25,367 nucleotides of DNA from a virus. Taxonomy: Duplodnaviria > Caudoviricetes. The DNA is taken from positions 1-25,367 of the IMG/VR virus record IMGVR_UViG_3300037042_002159. The stretch is one strand, 5' to 3'. The position numbers and the translations under genes are program-made. The notes under the pieces are model-generated. The model did no database searches. It had not been told where the DNA came from and saw only the letters and a list, made by a program, of their open reading frames with translations. Of the stretch, positions 15,294-22,488 are shown one piece after another (positions within the stretch are counted from its first letter, which is position 1; each line of letters starts with the position of its first letter).

Positions 15294-17312
15294 ATGATGA
15301 TGTTTGGACCACCTGGAACTACGGGGGGAGGAGTTGACCCTTCAGCTGTGGGTAACGAAGACTTGGGTATTGGTAAGGACCTTACTACTTTTCTTTCAAA
15401 TATGGGTGATGCCACCAGAGGTGGGTTAGCTCTTAAAACTTCACTTGAATCAACATTTAAAGCTATACAAGATGTTGATGCGGTAATGTCCAAAGTTGTT
15501 ACTAAATTAAGTACTGGTTCACAAAATTCGGAACAAATAAAAGAATCTTTTGGCAAAGCTTATTCTAACGTCGCGTTATTTGGGGGTTCTTTAGCCGATA
15601 TTCAAAAAGCTCAGGAAGAGTTTTTAGATGTAAACCAAAGAAATGTTATACTTAGTTCTGAAAATCTAACTGATTTAGTGGCAGTTACTAAAGTAACTGG
15701 TGTTGCAGCTAAAGATTTATTAACAGGATTTCAAAATGCTGGATTTTCTATGGACCACATTAGTGATACTATGACTAGTGTTACTAAAATCTCAAGAGAC
15801 ATGGGAGTTAACGCTCAAGTTGTTTCTAAAAGTGTTGTTGATAACTTAGAAAAACTAAATAAGTTTGGATTTCCAAATGGGGTTGACGGACTTGCCAAAA
15901 TGGCGGCAAAGGCCGCTAGTTTAAGGATGGATATGGCAAGTACTTTTAAAGTTGCTGATGACATATTTAATAGAGGTCCCGAAGCGGCAATTGAAATATC
16001 TGCATCATTACAAAGATTGGGAGCCGCTTCAGGAGCGTTACTTGACCCAATTAAATTAATGGATTTAGCTCAAAACAATGTTCCTGAGTTACAAAATCAA
16101 CTTGTTGAATTAAGTAAACAATATAGTGTTTTTAATGAAAAAACAGGACAGTTTGAAATTATGCCGGGTGCTAGACGACAAATAAATGAAGTTGAAAAAG
16201 CTTTAGGTATGAGTTCGGGTGAGTTATCAAAAATGTCGTTAGAAGCCGCTAAATTAGATAAAAAATTATCTGAAATAGATTTTAGTCAGTTAGGGTTTAA
16301 TGTTACTGATGAAGAAAAAACTATGATTGCTAACATGTCAGAGTTTAATAAGGATAAGGGAGGATTTACTGTTAAGTTAAAAAATGAAAAAACAGGTGAA
16401 TTTGAAGAAAAATTATTAAGTGAATTACAACCTGGTGAATTAGAAAAATTACAAGAAGGCCAATTAAGTGAAACTGCTGAAATGAAAGATATTGCTTACC
16501 AACAACTTGGTTTACAAGGTCAGATGGTTGCTCAACAAGTAGCAATGAATAATTCAATATCAATGTTAATTGCGACAACTGATATGGGTACTAAAATTTT
16601 AGAAGGTGCTCAAGAAAGACAAACAAGAGTTTTAGGATTAGAAAAGACGGGCGACCAAAAAAACGCATTGGATTTACTTAGTGCTAATAATACCGATACA
16701 GTTAAGATTCTTAATCAAATGGGTACTGATGTTGATAAACTTTTTGACTTATTAAATAACGGTGGTACTGCTAATGAATTAAAAACCACATTAACAGGTA
16801 TTTTAGATAAGTCAATAAACCTTGGTGGTGACGTAATTAAAAGTCAACTTCAAAGTATGAGTGGTATTGACCTCGCCACAACGTTAGCGACTAAATTATT
16901 TTCAGGTAGTATTGATAAATTTACAGATGGAATTGATAAATTCTTAAAAGGTGTTGGTGTTAAAGACTCAATTATAACACCTGATGGTGTAATAACACCT
17001 TTAGAACAGGATAGTATTATCACCATGACTCAGGGTGAAAAATTTAAAGAAAATTTATTAGGACAAGGTAAACCACAACCAAATCAAACTGCTATGATTG
17101 ATAAAGAAACAATGATGGCATCATCACAATCAAAAAGTAATACCCCAAACAATTCAAAAGTTGAAATTGCTTTTACTCATAAAGTAGATGGTCCAGTAAG
17201 TGCTGATGTTGCGAATGCGTTTTCTAAATCTTTAAGAGATAATCCTACCTTACAAAAACAAATTATTGATACTATAAATCAAGCGAACACAAATTTTGGT
17301 TTGACTGCATAA
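15294..17312 (+). CDS. Tail tape measure protein (672 aa)
   Basis: Follows the chaperone genes. Helical, Ala/Gly/Leu/Met/Gln-rich and nearly free of Trp/Cys (GLAKMAAKAASLRMDM...AAIEISASLQRLG...RRQINEVEKALGMS). Confidence 0.75.
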   Translation: MMMFGPPGTTGGGVDPSAVGNEDLGIGKDLTTFLSNMGDATRGGLALKTSLESTFKAIQDVDAVMSKVVTKLSTGSQNSEQIKESFGKAYSNVALFGGSLADIQKAQEEFLDVNQRNVILSSENLTDLVAVTKVTGVAAKDLLTGFQNAGFSMDHISDTMTSVTKISRDMGVNAQVVSKSVVDNLEKLNKFGFPNGVDGLAKMAAKAASLRMDMASTFKVADDIFNRGPEAAIEISASLQRLGAASGALLDPIKLMDLAQNNVPELQNQLVELSKQYSVFNEKTGQFEIMPGARRQINEVEKALGMSSGELSKMSLEAAKLDKKLSEIDFSQLGFNVTDEEKTMIANMSEFNKDKGGFTVKLKNEKTGEFEEKLLSELQPGELEKLQEGQLSETAEMKDIAYQQLGLQGQMVAQQVAMNNSISMLIATTDMGTKILEGAQERQTRVLGLEKTGDQKNALDLLSANNTDTVKILNQMGTDVDKLFDLLNNGGTANELKTTLTGILDKSINLGGDVIKSQLQSMSGIDLATTLATKLFSGSIDKFTDGIDKFLKGVGVKDSIITPDGVITPLEQDSIITMTQGEKFKENLLGQGKPQPNQTAMIDKETMMASSQSKSNTPNNSKVEIAFTHKVDGPVSADVANAFSKSLRDNPTLQKQIIDTINQANTNFGLTA

Positions 17313-17326
17313 AACCTAATTTATTC

Positions 17327-17333
17327 TATTTAT
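17327..17333 (+). promoter_or_regulatory. TATTTAT motif for the 1605-aa baseplate gene
   Basis: 14 nt upstream of the ATG at 17348. Confidence 0.55.
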
Positions 17334-17347
17334 TATAAAAGAACTAA

Positions 17348-20300
17348 ATGTCTGAAAATATATTATCATTTGGTGGTTCGCAACAGTTTAGAAAAAAACT
17401 TGTAAGTAGAAATTTAAAACCTTACAAAATTGATGGTGCTTTCTCAAGTAATCAAGACCCTGTTAATTTCGAAACTATTTTAAACGATATAACACCTATT
17501 GATACCCCAAATGTAAGTAATACTATTTTTACTGAACCAACTGAAATGACCGCAATTAATATATTTGGTCCTTCAGGTAATTTTATTGATGGTGCTCAAA
17601 TTGTTAATAGTGTAACTATACCATCATATCCTAAAGATTATACGGGTGGACAATCAGAGTATAGTCCAAACGATACTAAAATGGACCTTATCAATGAAGC
17701 ATTTATTGATAATGTTGCGGTTGTTAACAGATACACACCTGAAGAAAATTACTCAGATTTATTCATTGTTACTGAAAATATTTTACCAAAAACAAAATTA
17801 CTTTCAGGTGTTTATCCACAATCCTTTGTTCAAGGAGATTATACTGTATTTGAAATATTGAATAATGACCCTGAATTAGGGAATGATTCTTATATTCAAA
17901 AAATTGGAGCTGAAAGACTTACCGAAGCTTTTCAAGCTAGAATTGCACGTGAAATTGAAAGAAACACTATAGGTTTAATTAATCTTGATGCGTTAACCAA
18001 TGTGTTTGATGCAACATTAGTTGCAACAGGACAAGAACCTTTAATACAAAGAAATTATTCAATTACAGTACCTGATGGACTTATTGATTACGCTGCGTTT
18101 TTCATTCAAAAGATAACAGGTACATATTTACCAGCGTCACCAATTGAAGGAAGTTATTTTTCTTCACCACAAAGACAAGGGATAACACCTTTACAAACTT
18201 TGGGTAATTTAGGTGGTAATATTTTAAATAGACAAAATCCATCTATAATATTTTTAAACAATACTGGTTCAGGACAAAAATCAGTATTATTCAATACCTT
18301 AGCATATAATAGATACAAACCTGATTATACATTAACAAGAACTCAAGTAGGTACATTTATTGCTAATCTATTTGATAATCCTAACTCAATTGGTAATTTA
18401 TATATCGGTAGACAAGAAAGTGATATTACGAGTGTATCATCACCACCTAACGCAACACCTGTCAATGCCTTTGGTATACCAATGCAAACGACGGTATACG
18501 GTCCTGATAAGGTTGGAATACTTTATGAGGGAGACCAAAATTTTCAATTCGGGTTAGCGGGTAAAACATATAGTGAAAGACCTGTATTTGACGGAGGATT
18601 TGTTTGGATTTCAAATTTAACAAAAGTTGAAGCAGGAAGAACAGTTGGTCAAGATGGTAGAATATATGGAAATAACACACAATTCACACCATTAAGTTCG
18701 TCGTACTCGCAAGTATTATCAACAGGGTATGAGTTCAGACCAGGTTCTATTTTAGATGTTACACAAAGAATTATTGACTCAACACCTGCTCAAGGTAAAG
18801 ATAGATTAGGACATGTTGGTAATGCAATGAATCAAGTGTCTAAAGTATTTTGGGATGGGTATAAAGAATTAACAAAAGGTTCTAAAATTAAAAAATATAT
18901 TGACCAAAGTGGACAACAAGTTGGTACCGAATATTGTAGAATTTTTTCAAAAGATAGACCTTACAGTACTTACGGTGACTTACAAGGGACTTATGCAAAT
19001 ACTAGTGGGGCTGACACTAATGGTAATATTAGAAGATATTCATATTCAGTTTTAGATAGTGCCTATAACTTGAATATTGTACCATATAAAAATGGTGGTA
19101 CATCTATGTTAGGTGGGAGTGTTAAAAAATATATGTTTTCTATTGAAAATTTGGCATGGAAAAATTCACCTGAATTTGAATCATTACCTGATTGTGAAAA
19201 AGGACCTAATGGTGGTAGAATTATGTGGTTTCCACCTTATGATTTAACTTTTGATGATTCAACTACAGCATCATTTACGGAAACTAAATTTATAGGAAGA
19301 CCTGAACCAATTTACACTTACAACAATACAACAAGAACTGGTTCAGTTGGTTTTAAAATAATTGTTGACCATCCATCAGTATTAAATTTAATTGCGGATA
19401 AAGAATTAGAAAATCAAAATAGTGAAATTGTTAATGGTGTGGTTAATTCATTTTTCGCTGGATGTAAAAAATATGACATATATGAATTGGCTAAAAAATT
19501 CGGACAATTAGATTTTAATACAATATCTGAGTTATATCAGGAGGTTTTATCAAGTGGTGATGTGTCTGATGAAGATAAAGTGGAGGCATTACAATCACTA
19601 CCGTCTGAGGGAGGAACACCTATCGGTACCGAAAATATATCATTATCCCAAAGTTTCAGTGATTGGGGTTTTTATTTTGATTATGATGATTCACCAGTTA
19701 ACTATCAAGATTTATACACTAATTATACAAATCCTGCAAATATTGCATTTTATAGTGCACAAAATCCGACTGAAAATACTAATTTAATTTTTAGTTCAGT
19801 AATAACTGAAAACTATAATAAAATGGTTGATTTAAGAAATGAAGTAGCAACAATTTTACAAAAAGGAGGGGGTGTAGAATTAGTTTTTCAAGGGACACAA
19901 GGTGTTAATGAATCTGCGGATGCTTCATTATCAACTAATGAAGATTTACTTAATAGTATTAAATTATTTTTTAATGAATTTAGTTTAGGTACTGATGGTA
20001 AAAATTTATCATATTATGAATCACAAACAAAATTAAAATATAATATTTTAGATTCTGTAATTGACAATACAATACCACAATCAAGTCAAAGTTTTGAAAG
20101 TGTTAATTGTAATCAGTTTAATCCTGTGGACCCAGCACTTAATTTTACAAAAACTGCAATGCTTTGTCGAGCGATTAAAATAAGTACTATTAATTTAGTA
20201 CAACCGTCACCTACAGATGAAAGTGCAAATGTGCCAAATGATGCTAATCCACAAAGTAATACTCGAAGATTAAAAAATTCTCCTGGTCAATTTTTGGCAG

Positions 20301-22165
20301 ATTTATTTGGTAATAAGAAAAAGAATAAAGAAAGTATTGAAGCAAAGGCTAAAAATATCAGTAAAAAAATAATAAGAAATTTATTAAACGAACAAAATTA
20401 TTTTGAAATTCTTAAAGAACAGGACCCATTTTTATATGATAGTTATAAAACAAAAATTAAATTCTTTAACCCAGCGTTTCACTCAATAACTCCTGAAGGA
20501 TTTAATTCAAGATTAACATTTTTAAATCAATGTTTTAGACCTGGTAATACAATACCGACTAAAAATGAGGGAGGTGAATTTATTAACAAAGATTCGTTTA
20601 ATACTAATTTTGGTACACCACCTATATTGGTGTTAAGAATTGGTGATTTTTATAATTGTAAAATTGTACCTGATGGAGGATTAACTTTAAGTTATGAAAA
20701 TTTAGATATTAATCCTGAAGGTGTTGGAGTACAACCAATGATTGTTACAGTTAAATTAACTTATAAAATGATTGGTGGTCACGGTCTTAAAGAACCTGTT
20801 GAAAGATTACAAAATGCGTTATCCTTTAATTATTACGCAAATACTGAAATATATGATGAGAGGGCAGTATCTACTGATACAACTCAATTAACTGCTATTG
20901 TTCAAGATACGAAAAACGCATTAACTACGTTACAAACATTACAAGGTATTGCAGGTCAACCATCAAACAATACAATTGCTTCAAATCAAGCGACAACACA
21001 AAACCCAACCGATGGTGGGGCGACTATTGGATTAATTACTCAGTCAACTCAAAATAACGGTTCTGAAACAGGAACAATTAGTTACAAATCATTTTTTGAT
21101 GGTAATGTTGATTCAACACAAAACTATTTTAATTTGGTTGAAAGTTTTATTAAATCAATTGTTAACGACACTAACTATGGTGTATTTACACAAATATTTA
21201 GTGATAGGAAGTTTAATAACGGAAGTTTTAATTCTTTACAATCACCAATTACTAATGTTAAAATATTAGGTAAATTTAATGATTATTCAAAATACATTGA
21301 TAATGTGACAAGTGCTTATATTACTGAAGTTGAAAATAACACTGATTTTATCACCCAATATTTGTTATTAAATAATGTACCAGCTAATGATATTAGGATT
21401 GTTACTAGTAATTTAAAATCAATTGCTCAAACACAAAAAAATAAAATATTAAATTTAATATCAAATAAAACACAATCAATATCAGTTAATCAATCCGAAA
21501 TATATCAGGGGTATCGAAAAATGGATTTAATATGTAATGCTACCGACGGTAAACTTGCGACATATGGAACACCAATAATATATACTAATACAGGTGTTTT
21601 AGTTGGCACTTCGGATACTCTAACAGACATTAGAGATGACTATACTAAAATTGCTAACGATATTAAAGATTATTACGATTTCTTATTAAGTAAAAATTTA
21701 ATTTTAGAAATAACAACACCGAGTGTTTATTTTACTCCACTAACGTCATTAAGTCCAACAGGTAGTGTTAATTTATTTTACACACTATTTGCTAATGATA
21801 TCATAAATGAAACAACTAGAAATGAATTTATACAATATGTTAGTTCTAATTTATTATCACAAACATTACCACAAGTTGTAGATAAAGTTAGAATATCGGT
21901 TAATTCTCTTGTTAGTTCATTTACTGAAGAAAAAAATACTGAAAACGCATTAGTTAACGATACATTTAATTCTAATGAGTATAAGTTTTTTAAAACATAT
22001 AATCCTCAAGTTAATAATGTTAGTATAAAAGGAAGAGATAGAGATTTTACATTTACAAGTGTCGGTTCGACGGTTACACAACAAACAAATTTATCCGATG
22101 TCTATAAAAATGTTAATATTAATAACGATAATAGTACCTATAATGGTAAAAAATATTTTAACTAA
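17348..22165 (+). CDS. Large baseplate / tube-initiator-like protein (1605 aa)
   Basis: Contains tube-initiator-type segments LTFDDSTTASFTETKFIGRPEPIYTYNNTTRTGSVGFKI and PPILVLRIGDFYNCKIV...LSYE...QPMIVTVKLTY. Position between tape measure and LysM gene is typical of tube initiators (P2 gpU / T4 gp48/54-like). Confidence 0.65.
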   Translation: MSENILSFGGSQQFRKKLVSRNLKPYKIDGAFSSNQDPVNFETILNDITPIDTPNVSNTIFTEPTEMTAINIFGPSGNFIDGAQIVNSVTIPSYPKDYTGGQSEYSPNDTKMDLINEAFIDNVAVVNRYTPEENYSDLFIVTENILPKTKLLSGVYPQSFVQGDYTVFEILNNDPELGNDSYIQKIGAERLTEAFQARIAREIERNTIGLINLDALTNVFDATLVATGQEPLIQRNYSITVPDGLIDYAAFFIQKITGTYLPASPIEGSYFSSPQRQGITPLQTLGNLGGNILNRQNPSIIFLNNTGSGQKSVLFNTLAYNRYKPDYTLTRTQVGTFIANLFDNPNSIGNLYIGRQESDITSVSSPPNATPVNAFGIPMQTTVYGPDKVGILYEGDQNFQFGLAGKTYSERPVFDGGFVWISNLTKVEAGRTVGQDGRIYGNNTQFTPLSSSYSQVLSTGYEFRPGSILDVTQRIIDSTPAQGKDRLGHVGNAMNQVSKVFWDGYKELTKGSKIKKYIDQSGQQVGTEYCRIFSKDRPYSTYGDLQGTYANTSGADTNGNIRRYSYSVLDSAYNLNIVPYKNGGTSMLGGSVKKYMFSIENLAWKNSPEFESLPDCEKGPNGGRIMWFPPYDLTFDDSTTASFTETKFIGRPEPIYTYNNTTRTGSVGFKIIVDHPSVLNLIADKELENQNSEIVNGVVNSFFAGCKKYDIYELAKKFGQLDFNTISELYQEVLSSGDVSDEDKVEALQSLPSEGGTPIGTENISLSQSFSDWGFYFDYDDSPVNYQDLYTNYTNPANIAFYSAQNPTENTNLIFSSVITENYNKMVDLRNEVATILQKGGGVELVFQGTQGVNESADASLSTNEDLLNSIKLFFNEFSLGTDGKNLSYYESQTKLKYNILDSVIDNTIPQSSQSFESVNCNQFNPVDPALNFTKTAMLCRAIKISTINLVQPSPTDESANVPNDANPQSNTRRLKNSPGQFLADLFGNKKKNKESIEAKAKNISKKIIRNLLNEQNYFEILKEQDPFLYDSYKTKIKFFNPAFHSITPEGFNSRLTFLNQCFRPGNTIPTKNEGGEFINKDSFNTNFGTPPILVLRIGDFYNCKIVPDGGLTLSYENLDINPEGVGVQPMIVTVKLTYKMIGGHGLKEPVERLQNALSFNYYANTEIYDERAVSTDTTQLTAIVQDTKNALTTLQTLQGIAGQPSNNTIASNQATTQNPTDGGATIGLITQSTQNNGSETGTISYKSFFDGNVDSTQNYFNLVESFIKSIVNDTNYGVFTQIFSDRKFNNGSFNSLQSPITNVKILGKFNDYSKYIDNVTSAYITEVENNTDFITQYLLLNNVPANDIRIVTSNLKSIAQTQKNKILNLISNKTQSISVNQSEIYQGYRKMDLICNATDGKLATYGTPIIYTNTGVLVGTSDTLTDIRDDYTKIANDIKDYYDFLLSKNLILEITTPSVYFTPLTSLSPTGSVNLFYTLFANDIINETTRNEFIQYVSSNLLSQTLPQVVDKVRISVNSLVSSFTEEKNTENALVNDTFNSNEYKFFKTYNPQVNNVSIKGRDRDFTFTSVGSTVTQQTNLSDVYKNVNINNDNSTYNGKKYFN

Positions 22166-22488
22166 TGGCGAACGAATATTATAATAGATACCAAAATTTT
22201 ACCGTAAATGGTGAACAAACTACTTTACCTTTTGTTAACATACCTTTAAAAACTACGGATAAAAAATACATATATAGGGTTGGAGTATCAAGATTAGATA
22301 AAGTATCACAATTGTATTATAACTCACCGTATTTTGGGTGGTTAATAATGCAATCTAATCCACAGTATGGTGGGTCTGAAATTGATATACCTGATAATGC
22401 GGTACTTAATATACCATTCCCTTTAAACAATTCTTTATTAGATTATAAAACAGCACTTCAACAGTACTTCTATTATTATGGAGAGTAA
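22165..22488 (+). CDS. LysM-like baseplate wedge protein (T4 gp53 / P2 gpX-like)
   Basis: YIYRVGVSRLDKVSQLYYNSPYFGWLIMQSNP......IP....LNIP is a LysM-like pattern. TAATG coupling with the upstream gene. Confidence 0.85.
   Translation: MANEYYNRYQNFTVNGEQTTLPFVNIPLKTTDKKYIYRVGVSRLDKVSQLYYNSPYFGWLIMQSNPQYGGSEIDIPDNAVLNIPFPLNNSLLDYKTALQQYFYYYGE

Noticed and set aside
16961-17025. Short repeat ATAACACCT / peptide DSIIT twice near the tape measure C-terminus
   Set aside because: Only two short imperfect copies inside a coding region; not an array or DGR-like repeat.
165-19787. Short ORFs in the track that overlap long genes (165..422, 540..743, 862..1056, 2556..2753, 4654..4905, 5083..5310, 8586..8822, 9433..9717, 11328..11783, 12912..13292, 14573..15004, 15281..15556, 16372..16578, 17646..19787)
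   Set aside because: They are antisense or off-frame shadows of well-supported genes, with no recognisable motifs or upstream signals.
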